This document shows, in pieces, positions 49,650 to 61,460 of a stretch of 64,000 nt of DNA. Position 1 is the first letter of the stretch. Each line of letters opens with the position of its first letter. A program made the translations under genes and the position numbers. The notes beneath the pieces were generated by a model that saw only the letters and a list, made by a program, of their open reading frames with translations, did not search any database and was not told where the DNA came from. The stretch is taken from contig OZ076409.1 in the NCBI GenBank assembly GCA_964187785.1, forward strand, positions 41,356,001-41,420,000, in the 5' to 3' direction. The DNA comes from Amphiscolops sp. MND2022. Its lineage: Eukaryota.

Positions 49650-52600
49650 GTTAGTCCAATGCACGCATTTACTCGCGTTAAAGTTATCCCAATTAACCAA
49701 CAGGGTTATCGTTTTTCTGAGAAAAACAAATTACTTCGGAATAAAAATTCTCAAAATCTAAAAAATTCGATATACAATTCGTTGAAGAAACAATCTATTA
49801 CTGCATACAGAAGTATGCAATGTATCTGAATTATTTGTTGCTTAACTCTGTAGATATACATAGCCACCAAAACTCAAAACTACCAAAATGATAGTAACGA
49901 TCCAAACCAGAAGATCAGCGGGAACTTTTCAGCTACATCTATTTCAACAAATTTACTGCTTGAGCGTTGCCAGTGAACTACGAAAAGAGTTCAAGAAAAC
50001 TTTGACTGGTTTAGTTCATCTTTTTGGTCACTGCTGTTACGAGTTGTGCAAGGGTAGTTATTTTGAGTAGAGTTTATTCTCACTGATTTTGTGGGAGTAT
50101 AAAAACTTCTAGTTTCATTCTCTAGATCATTTTTGTCTTATTTTTTGCATTCTCTCCTGTTTTAGGTTTTAACAGCTTTAACATCTCCCTTTGGAATTCT
50201 ATCAGAAGATTCCTAATCTCAGAAGTTATTTCTTTTTTTTATATCTTCACTTTATCAAAGCCCTTCGTTTTCAAATCCTAGGGCATATATAACTTCCTAG
50301 CATCATTCGATCACGAGTGTGTTCCAAATTTTCTCTGGACACTTAGTCGTTTCCTGTGTCTCGGGAATAAAATTCATTTTGATCCCCAATTTACGTCAAC
50401 ATTCCGTCAATTTTCAAAACACGAAGATCCTAATCTAGTTATAGTCATATAGTATGATCACAATACTTCACCCCAGGGTCCTATTTTTTTTCTCCCAAGC
50501 AGGAAGTAGGTTTTTAAGTCGATCGAACCGGAAATATTTCTCTAATTTACTGCTTTGATTCGCGGGAAATTGACGCCGAGCTGACACTGAAGTGAATAAC
50601 AAATGCATGATTTTGAATTTAAAGTTGATGAAACTTTGACTAATTCACAAAATGGTTCCCCAATGATGCTAAGAAAGGAAAATGCAAAGGTTGAACTCAT
50701 AATTTGGATCATTACACTCAATTAATTTGCTCGTTTAATTACATGCAATAGTCAATCGTCTAATCAACGTCAACATTTATGCACTGATTATTAACACAGG
50801 AACTGTAGCAATTTCCAACACATAATAATAATATTGCACAACACAATTTCCAAAGAAACGGGTGGGGAGGATAAACTCTTCAAACGAAAATTTACAAAGA
50901 ACATCCGTCTAATAACTGGTACAAAATGGCTATTACAAGGCATATGTGAACCGGTCACAAGTTAAGTGACGACGTAGCAACATCAGCTTGTCAGATGATC
51001 TCACAAAATCAGCATTGGATGTTAAGTACAAAAGTACAAGCATACGAAAATTTTGTTACAGTGTGAAAATACATTTATTTTACTTCGCTTCCAGTTATAA
51101 ACTGTGAATTTTGAAAAATTTCTTTAGCTTAAGCCCCCAAAACATTTTAATCTTCCCGAAAAATTTCATCTTTATCTGACGTTGGACGGCCGTTAGACGC
51201 AAAAAAGACTTTGTTTTTACTAAAGCATGACGCAATCGGGACGTAAAAAATAGCAATACTACATTTTCTGAATCAAATGACGTTGTATTCACGCAGAATA
51301 CATTTTTTTGCCTAATCCTTCTTTGTAAAAGCTGCAATTCCTTCAAATTTAATATCGCTTATACTTCTAACTTATGAATTTGTGACGTAGCATTGACCAA
51401 AATCTAGCTAGCTGCCGTAGCCGTGACGTACGTAGTATTGACGAAGATTTGGAATGAAATCTAGCTGCCATTACAGTGACGTAGTGCTGACGTCACAGCT
51501 AAAACAAATATTAGCTGCCACGACCACAATAATTTGCTCAACCACATGTATTCGTCTCATTTCGCTTTAATTGCCTTTCAAAGAGCAATAAGGCTGCCTT
51601 TTCTCAGAAAAGCGTAAATCTTTTATTGGGTGTCTCAGATGTAATTTCTATTTTAGATCACAGTATATTCCCATTTCAGGAACCATAATTCCGTTTATTT
51701 CTGTTTAGATTAGCTCATGATTTTTGGCTCTAAATTAGTCCTTAAAACAAGTTCCATGTTGAGAATGACTGATCGGCTTGAACGTGTCAGCGGAAGTGTG
51801 TGAAATTAACTTTGATCTGTTCATTCTTGGCGTTCATTTCCGTTTTAGATGCGTTCAATTTTGGAAATATTTTTTATTTTTCTGTTCGCTCGACAGTAGT
51901 CATATTTTCTATCTTAAAGTCACATTTTATTTCGATAAGGGTTTAAGTCTAACAGTTGAAGCACCACCTTATGAACCTTGAGCCACAGCCATGTCCTCTC
52001 TGGATGCCTATTCGCCTGCACCCACAAGTCAGTCCGGGAGCGATCTGTGACAACTGCAAAAACTCATAACCCCAAGAACTTTCCAAAAAGTAATTCTTTT
52101 TCCACAGCAAATCAATGAAAAAATACGAATTGAGTACATTTTGGATCTTTTTATATCTTTTCTCGAAATGGAAATTCCATGTTTCTCCAAAACAAGTGCT
52201 GAATAGCTATTCATTTTGTTTTTGGATACTCATACCAGCAAAGACATCCAAAAACTAAAACGTTTCGAATGAAACAGTGCGAAAGTTGAAAACAAAAAAG
52301 AATGTTCAATTCAAGTATACAACGGGGTAAATGCCGAGTAGGCATTTCTGCTTTCTGAAACAGTGATCCCTCTGAATACGGATACTTCCCATAGCAAGCT
52401 ACGCTACCCTTTTAACTGCCAACTGGTAAGATATAGACCGCTTGTATCTGTGATTTCGTAGCGACTTGCTCTGGTCACTAAAGTGTCACTGCTCGGAGTT
52501 GTCCTTTCCTATTTAGTTTTTTTCCCATGGGCAAACCAAATGCTGGGATTACAACAAAATTGGCTTGAGGGAGGTTTATAAATTATTGCAACACAGTCCT

Positions 52601-52929
52601 GAAGCTCTTACTCACTACAACATGATCCTCAAAGACTAATTATTTAGTTTTTTTTTCTCAATCAATCACACTTTTTTGAAAAAAAAAACATAAATTTGTT
52701 CAAAAAGTGTGTTTGGTAGCCTGAAATGCTGATTGTCTTCTCTTCATCTCTGGATCTTTACGCCTACAGAAACACACAAAAATGCAAAAATGTTCGAAAC
52801 CTATTTTCTGCGTTAACGTGGACGTTTTTTCACAAAAAAGAAAGCTGAGAAGCCAAAAGTTCTCTTTCTGTGAAGACTCATACATACAAAAACACCCAAG
52901 ATTTGACCAAAAATGCATGAAACAATAGA

Positions 52930-53413
52930 AACCAAATCGTGACCTGCCCAAGTCGGCGCCATATCTAAGGTCAAAAAATAGCAAAATGTCAAAAGTATTG
53001 GTGAATTGGGGACCCTTTCATGAAAACAAATTTTGAAAAAAAAAGTCTCTTAATGCCGAAAAAACTGAAAGGTTGACCCTTTGGGGTTTTTCAACATCCA
53101 TTCTGTCGCAAAACTCCGAAAACATTGAAGAGGACCCAAAATTTTCCCGAAAAAAAAGTCTCGCAATGCCAAAATCTGAAGGGGGACCCTTTGGTCTCGT
53201 CCGCTATTGTATGTTACGCGGGAAAATTTTTTGGTTCAGTTCCTTGGGCCAACGAGTACAATTTGGCGTCTTGTTAAAATTTTGTAGGACTTTTGGGGTA
53301 GAACTATTTTGGTCACTTCAGGTGTATCGAAAAAAGAATTAAATAGTAAAAAAAAACACTGACGAAAAGCATGACTATAGTCGGCTCTTTTCAAGAAAAA
53401 CGCCGACTAAAAA
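52930..53413 (+). mobile_element. Second HINE-like repeat copy
   Basis: 5' AGTCGGCG is the inverted repeat of 3' CGCCGACT, with 3' hairpin TAGTCGGC..GCCGACTA. An inverted internal fragment occurs at ~29590-29700. Confidence 0.6.
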
Positions 53414-55268
53414 GACACTATTTGATTCAGTCAACGCAAATCTCTGCATGGAAAAATAAAAACGTTCTGAAAATTAGTATGCAGCCAAAAAAGTATTGTT
53501 TATTTCGTCGGATTATAATACCAACGAAAAGCAAGTATTGTACAAGGAAAGCGTAAAATGATTTTTTTAAATGGCATTTTTTTGGCATTCCTTCAATTTA
53601 TTTCTTTTCGACATTAATAAACCTCGCGTTTCTCTCCGAAGTGTTCTAAGTAATAAAGTTTTGTCTCTTTGAGTTGGCGTTGAGTAATGGCTATCAAAAC
53701 ATCCAGAAAATGAACAAAGGTCGCATCAGAACGTCAATAGTGTCAGAAAAATTGTTCTTTTGCTTTTTTCGGCATTTCGAGGCTTTTCCAAATACTTAAC
53801 CGAAAATTTCTCTCAACAAAGAAGTGTGCGAACAAAGTTTTATTTTGTGTTTGAAGTATTGGTTGAGTAAAACTCACCAAAACATTGAAGAGAAAACGGA
53901 AAAACGTTGGAAAAATGCATTTTTTGAATCTAACATTTTTAAAGAATAAGTTCCGAAGGTTTCTATTCAACAAACTTTTTCAGATTTCTCTTGACAAAAG
54001 CTTCAACTCTTTCGACATACACGTAAACACGTACCCACGATCCTACTTTTATGGCAGGTAAATTCTGCAGAAGTCATGTATAAAATGTGTTTTAAAAAAA
54101 GAACAAGCCAAATTTTGGGAAAAATGCGGCTAAAGTATTGTTTTTCTATCCCACATGGACAAATGAGGAAACAATGTACACAAATTACACGGAAAAGTCA
54201 AAAAGGGTAATACTGACACGCATTGAATAAAACGTCCCCAAGAATATCTCATTGTTCATCTTTACAAAAAATTGCTATGTAGCAGAGTGTTTTGTAGTCC
54301 GGCCCAGTGGACACTCATGCCCAAAATTGCATGAAAAGGTCCGGGGTTTCCTGTCCACACACAAACAGGCTTAATAATATAATAACAGGATAAAGAAAAA
54401 ACGCCAAAAAAAGTAGGCTGAACAAACATAATTGTGGTTACATGCTGACTATAGACTAGATCTTATGAGGTTCAGTCCACGGTTTGGTCACTCCTGTAGC
54501 TGTTTTTTTAGTAGCTGATGAGTTAGTCATCACTAGCAAACATTATTTAAAATGTTGAGTATATCTGAACAAACGCCGTTTTGTACAGCATAACTGAACA
54601 AAAAACGTGCGACTAAAGCTAAGCTACTTGATTGGCGTCTAATGCTGATTTATTCGTGATTGATTTCGATTGAAGCACAAGACTTGTTCTAAGTTGAGAA
54701 AAACTGCAACAAAACTATTTTACTCTGGAACCAAATGCCTCGGTATTTCGTGACTCAAAGTGATGAAAAACATTTCAAAAGTACATGTTTTGAATTTAGA
54801 AGTGTTAAGATTCTCATCGTAATTTTGATCATAGAATTCGCCCATTTTCGCTTTGAACAATCAACCCAGTTAACGAGCTTTTGGCTGTTTTCAGTAATTT
54901 GCACTTTTAAAAATTCTATGCTACCGGAGGAAACAACATGCTACCTTTAATCAACCACGTTGTGACGTCACAGTCACAATTGTTTACAGAGCGATGAAAT
55001 CATCCGCTTTTACAAGGTGAAATTTATGATTTACAAAAAGAAGGATTTTTTCCCTCAGCACAAAGCATCACCGTAAAAAGGCTAACTAATAAGCAATTAA
55101 TTTGATCTACATGGGGACGACTCAAAACGTAAAGAATTCAAAGCGTCAGAAGCAGCTAACACGCAATCACGTGACAAAAATTGCATTAAATGAGTCAATA
55201 AAATTCGGGTAAAATACAGCAACAACATATCGACGTTTTGAATATTGTTGCACGTTGCTGCCTTTGAC

Positions 55269-58200
55269 TGTATAATCCACCAAACTCCAGCAAAAATGAC
55301 AATACTAATCCCCCACCAGGGGTATTACCCATTTAAACCACGCGGACCTTCAGTCCGTATAGCCACACCAAACTTATATTTTTAGCTTGATTATATTATG
55401 TTTTCTTATTTATTTATTTCTTCTGTGCTATTTATTGAAACATTGTTGATTGAATATTCAAAGTAGCTATAATGTCCATGTAAAAATAGTGCAAAGTGAA
55501 TGAAAGGCATGCAATTGTGCTCAAGGAGAAAACGAGTTCAAATGATCTACTGCTGTGGATTAATGTACACGCTGTCCTGAATTCAATCGACCAATGAGAG
55601 TACAGCGCAAACATAAACTTTCTCTAGTCGGACAGACTTAACGTCCGTCACGGTGTAATTATAGTACTCATTGTCTGACCTCAAATTGTTTGCCATGTGT
55701 TGCTACCAGTTGTATAAAACCAGGAGACAATATTGAAAGGAAAAGCGCTCCAGACAGTCGGATGTAAAATCTGACTCAGCAAATATGAATGTAATGTTAA
55801 GTAGTCTTTCAAGAGGAAAGATAGAAGATGATCAAAATGAGGATGACATAAACCTAGACCTAGAGTCTGACAGACCGCAGCGAAAAGCTATCCCAGTTAG
55901 CCAAAACTTCAGATCAATATTGAATACAAATAGTAGAGAGAACAGTGATGTAACAATTGAGACGGTTTGGATGAATAATGAAGAGAACATGCCTAGTTGC
56001 TGGGAAAAAAAGATAAAATCAAAAGCAACCTAATTTCACAAATGGTAGCCACGATTAATTCTACGGTTACCCAACAGTTTCTTCTCTTCTTTCAGAATAC
56101 ACTGGGTTAACAGTGTGGAGGAAATAACACCGAATAGACCCTTGGTCCAGTGGGCTACACAGAAAATTTCGAGCTTTTCGAGGATCTTTCTCACGCAATA
56201 ATTTTCTTACGTTATTGCGTAAGAACGCGCTAACAACTTTTAACAACATAAATTCATCCAATAGGCAAACTTTGGAAAAAGTGCTGGTAGTTTACAGACG
56301 AAAATACGCTGAGCCAGAGTCTCAAGCAACAGTCAAACATAAATGGCATAAAATGATGCTTGCCCCAAATGCCATGAAACTACCCGATTGGCTTGAAGAC
56401 TTCAATCAAGGGGCATAGGAAGACGATTGCCGTAAGCTCAAAGGGAACGAGGAGGCTAAACACAATGGTGCGCAAACAGATAAACAAGAGTACCCCAAAG
56501 ACTCCACTTGCAACAAAACCAACCACCCGGGTGAAAGATGTTGGAGGGGCGCTGGGGCTAACCTCAAGCCTAAAAAACCTCAATTAAATAATTCCATAGC
56601 TCACGATACGTCTACCAGCCATAGCGATGCCAATAGCAAATCAACTATATCAAATATAGACTCACCACGACTCCAAATCCATGAAAAACTTCGAGACAGA
56701 GAATATATAGTATGTGACCCTCCCGATGTAATTTATACTGAATATTATTCGTAACATAAAAGCACTGGCAGCAGCAGACGATAAATACTCCTACTTTCCT
56801 TACCTGACTCGGACCATGAGTCCAACAGAATACATCAAGACAGGTACACGACCACCATATAGTTAATCATACATAATCAGAACCCAAACTACCGTTTTGA
56901 CCCAAATGTGATGTTCAATAACATTTTTGACAAGAAACACAGGGTGTGATTGGCACAGCATCGACGATGCTCTAAGCAATGTCTTGGCAAACGCGCTAGT
57001 TGATCCATGGCAAAGTAAACGAGACGAGCGGGTGGACTAGTTTCACCGAAAGGACCACAAGTCCCTTTGGCTACTGTAGGGGAGGCACGTTTTGTGAATA
57101 CGCTAGTCACTAGATCAGGATGACCTGACTACGAGCCAATGACACACATCTTGGGCTCAAACATAAACGACGAATGCTTCATTTCCCGATTTCGGTAAAC
57201 TTACAGTAGATGGTCTTGTCGACAAAGGTGCTCTCTCTAGCGCAATCCCGAAATCTGAACTAGGTAAAATCCAATTACCTGCCCCTCAGTCATCTTACTT
57301 TAAAAGAGAGTCCAACTCCCAACTTTCAATTATTGGTCGCAAGTCTACAGCTGGAAAATCCCAAGGGCACTGTCTAATCAAAAATTGAGGTCGGCAATAC
57401 CGACTTCCAAATTTTTTCAGTCATGGAAAAACTTACAAGTCCGGTAATTGGTCTCTCATTCCTTCAATGGTCTAATATGACCTTAGACATGCAGAAGGGA
57501 GTCCTGAACTTCCCCTTTTACTGAATGCAAATGAAAACAGTGGATCACAAATGTACAAATGTCATGGAACCAATCTGTACCCGGGACGATGTAACTATTC
57601 CCTCCAATGACAGGCAACTCATCCCAATGCACTTGAAGGTGAACGCTGACAACATTGTCACTGGCATCCTTCAACCGAGCGATGCGCTCACTGACGACAG
57701 CGATATAGTCTTCTGTGCTGCTCTTGTCACACTGATCAAAAGTCAGGTCACAATTCATGTGAACAGTTCCAACTCAGCTCATATACATCCAAACAGGGTT
57801 CGCATGTTGCTAATTTTGATGTGCTGACCCCAGAACAGACATGATATGTCAAACCTACAGATCCCGTGTTCACATGGCACCTGCTACAGAACAATCCCGA
57901 AAATGCTGCCTTCAAAGCAAGCAGCTCAATCAAGTCCACGGTACCTAAGGTATTCAAGTAAAACTACTGGTTTCCTACACCAGAAAACCCTGGTACCCCT
58001 CAGTATCACACACCATTTCAGCAACGTATGATGGAGCAACTACAAAACCTTAGCAAATTTAGCAACCTTAGCAACATATCCTTCTTGCCAGTTTCGAGTG
58101 GACAGATTCCCTGCTACAGCCACAAGAAATAGCTCGCATAGAAGACCTCTTAGTCGAATTCCACGATAAAATTGCGAGACATCGTTTCGACATAGTCGTG

Positions 58201-61200
58201 AACCTGGAACATATGTCAAATCGACGCCAAATGATAAAAGTCAAGCCTTTATTCAAAACGTGCCGACGCCGATCAATCTCAAGGAAGATATCCACAAAAA
58301 AACTGGCACTTCTACATCAATATAGGATAATAACAACAATTCCATTTTCCAAATATGCATGTCCAAAAACTCAGGAGACAAAATCAGACATTCAGACAAA
58401 ATTCAAAGTAATAAACAGTTAGTATCCCGTGAAAGCAAGTAAAAAATTGTTCTTACGACCATTCTGCCGCGAAATGGATCTCCAATTCACCCTTGATGAC
58501 CTCAACGCACACTCAGTTAGTCCGTGCTATTTTTCCTCAGATGACGAAATGGAAGTGTACACGCTCTCAGTGACTGGTTCATGACAAGCCTCGAATGACA
58601 GTGAGGTGGCGATAATTGCCGGTTACCGTCAGGTATCGGTTGACCAGGAAGGCGCGCTAGCAGGACGCCAAATAACCACTGATTTTTCGAATTATCCAGA
58701 TAGCAGTTTCCCGGAATTTCTTTTTCCCGGGAACATTTAAAGAAGACCTGTGATAGACTGAGCCCGAATCGAGTCCGTTGCATATGGGGACTGGCCCGGA
58801 CGGACACAGATCTGTGCCAACTGCCCAGTAACTTGATGTGCAACGTTAACACCAATCGTGGACGTTGTCATCATCAATTATTGAGCAGGGACCTAGTTAT
58901 GGCAACTGCAGGACCGAATCTCATCGACTATTCTTCCACGATCAAATCCTACTTTCAAAAGCAAAAGTATTAGCATCGCTACTCGTTGCAGAAAACCGAA
59001 CGCCGCTGAGCAAGGGGACTGCATTGTCCGTGGACGTAGTTTTGAGCAAACAAATGAAACTGCCGTATGATCTTATCTGGAATCTACATCACGTTGCGAA
59101 GAACGCTACCTAGAAAGAGAAAGAAGATTATATAGCAGATATGGATCGAAGAACAGTGTTCTTCATTTCCAGGGGTAACGGTAATTGCTACCAACAACCA
59201 GCCAAAATGACAAACTAATCCCCGCCAGGAGCATTACTTGTTTAATCCATGCGGGCATTTTGACTGTATGGCCACGCCAAAAGATTAATTCTAGGTTGAT
59301 AAAATTTTGTTTTCTATTTTATTAGTTTCTTATATGCCTGTTCCATTGTTGAAATATTGTTGGGTGAAAGAGCGTTCAATGTAATTATAATGGCAATGTA
59401 AAAATAGTGCAAGTGGAATGAATGACATGCAAATGTGCTCAAAGAAGGAAGTGGGTTGAAATCATCTACTGCTGGGAATATTGTCCACGCTGTCCCTAAT
59501 TCAATCAACCAATGAAAGTACAACTCAAATTTATACTTTCTCTAGCCGGACAGGCATAACCTCTAGGCATAATTATAGTATTCCTTGTTTGTTCTCATTT
59601 TACCTCCAAAATAATATAGCTATCAATTACAAAAACATGTAAAACGTGAATATGAGCCTCTCAAGGTAATTCCCAGACCTAAAAGACTAACCGAACTGTC
59701 CACTTCTACTCCTTTGATGCTTTTTATATTCTGTCACTGATAAGATGTAATATTGATGTCACCTCGAACGGGCTTTTTCAAAAAACGCTAGTTGCTATTT
59801 TCAGTGAGTGTACGAGCGTTATTTGGCTTCACGTGTCCCACTAACTATATATAAGAGAGATTGACTGTCCGGAGGACTTAATTTACTAGAGAGCTAAAAC
59901 TGATAAAATGATCAAAAACATCAAGTAGCATTGTTTCGACACTTCACGTTTGGTTAAACTCCTGTTGATAACTCCAAGTAGCTTCGCAAGATACTTTTGA
60001 GATGCAAACTTTTCTTACGAATTTAAAGAAAAAGACTTCCAAACAGTCGGATGACATAGAAAATATGGATGTCATTTTAAGTAGTCAGTCAACCAGGAGG
60101 AGAGTTAGAAGATCATCAAAAGGAGGACAACATAGAAGTAGACCTAGCGTCTGACAAACCACAGCGAAAAGTTATCCCATTTAACCAAGACCCTAGATCA
60201 ATGTTGAATACAAATACTAAAGAGAAACGTGATGTAACTACAAAGACAACCAGAATGATTATTGAAGAGATTACTAGCCTAGTTGCTGGGAAAAAAGATG
60301 AAATCAAAAGCAACCTAATTTAACAAATGCTAGCCACAATTAATTCTGCGAATACCGAATATATTCTTCGCGTTTTTCAGAATACACTGAGTGAACGGTG
60401 TCGAGGAAATAACACCGTAGTAGACCCTTGGTTCGGTGGGCTACAGAGAAGCCACGACGATTAAAATGTTAGAAAAACACAAAGAACACGCCTCAAACAG
60501 GTTCCAAAAGTAACAATGGAGATCATACCAATAGGTGAGTTTAGTACGATCCATACCAGTGAACAACATTAGGACTTGGCGACAGGATTCAACCCCACCC
60601 CTCGTATGGTTCCTGAATTTCTCACTGGACGCCCCATGCAACCGTTATCCCTGCAACGCTAAAATTCAACCCATAAGGGGTCTCTGGACACCATCTTACA
60701 AGTTCCAGAAACTATGCCCTGAAATACCACTTATGATCCCATGAACAGCCTTGCATGAATAACAGTTTATAAGCGCAAACACTGACCGTACGACAAGTCA
60801 GCAGCACCACACTGACAGTTGATGGTCAATCAGAAAGGAAAATTGGAGCTTTTGTTTTTGCGTAAGAACGCGCTACAAGTTTTCGTAATATATTGTCAGC
60901 CGATAGGTAAACTTTGGAAAAAGTTCTGACAATTATTAGACAAAAAACTTTAAGCCAGAGTCTCTAGCTACGGTCAAACATAACTGGCTAAAAATGATGT
61001 TTGAACCAAACCAAAGGAAGCTACCTGATTTCTTTGAAGAACTCAATCAATGCGCAGAAAAAGCGTTCGGTGAAAACGCTCAGGGTATGAATAACCACAA
61101 AAATTAAAACGCTCAGTCCACGTGGCAAGACTGGAAAATCCCACGTATGTCGCAATTGTTACGCACCGAATATAACGTCAATTAGAACTCAGTTGTCTTT

Positions 61201-61460
61201 TTGACTGAGGGAGGTGATGACAAACCCGCTCCTTCGACGTCACGTCAGAGAAATGGACTTCTTTCTTCGGGCATTGACCTTGGCACAACTTGCAACTACT
61301 GTAAGAAACCAGGCAAAGACCGTTGCCGTAAGCTCAAAAGGAAAAAGGACCCTAAACGCAGGTGATAGGCTAAACATATGAACATGAGTGCCTGCCCCAG
61401 AAGCCCTACTTGCCACAAAACCTACAACATGGCTTAAAGATGTTGGAAGGGCTGGGGAAT
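55269..61460 (+). mobile_element. Old Gypsy structure LTR-gag-pol-ORF-LTR-PBS-gag, related to the 12.8-kb element
   Basis: 55270-55690 and 55740-56165 align with 59185-59600 and 60030-60450. Gag RRKYAEPESQATVKHKW is homologous to RRKYVKPESSASAKHRF. Protease VDGLVDKGA, RT start YWFPTPE, and PBS-like TGGCGACAGGA at 60577. Confidence 0.8.
58474..59218 (+). pseudogene. Decayed sense accessory ORF (~245 codons) ending inside the LTR
   Basis: MDLQFTLDDL.. to ..FFISRGNGNCYQQPAKMTN* with one frameshift (~58725) and several stops. Its last codons are also present at the start of the upstream LTR copy (~55280-55308). Confidence 0.5.

Noticed and set aside
54505..54565. Hammerhead-like CTGATGA-stem-AAAC
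   Set aside because: The G of GAAA is missing and stem I does not pair; at most a decayed remnant.
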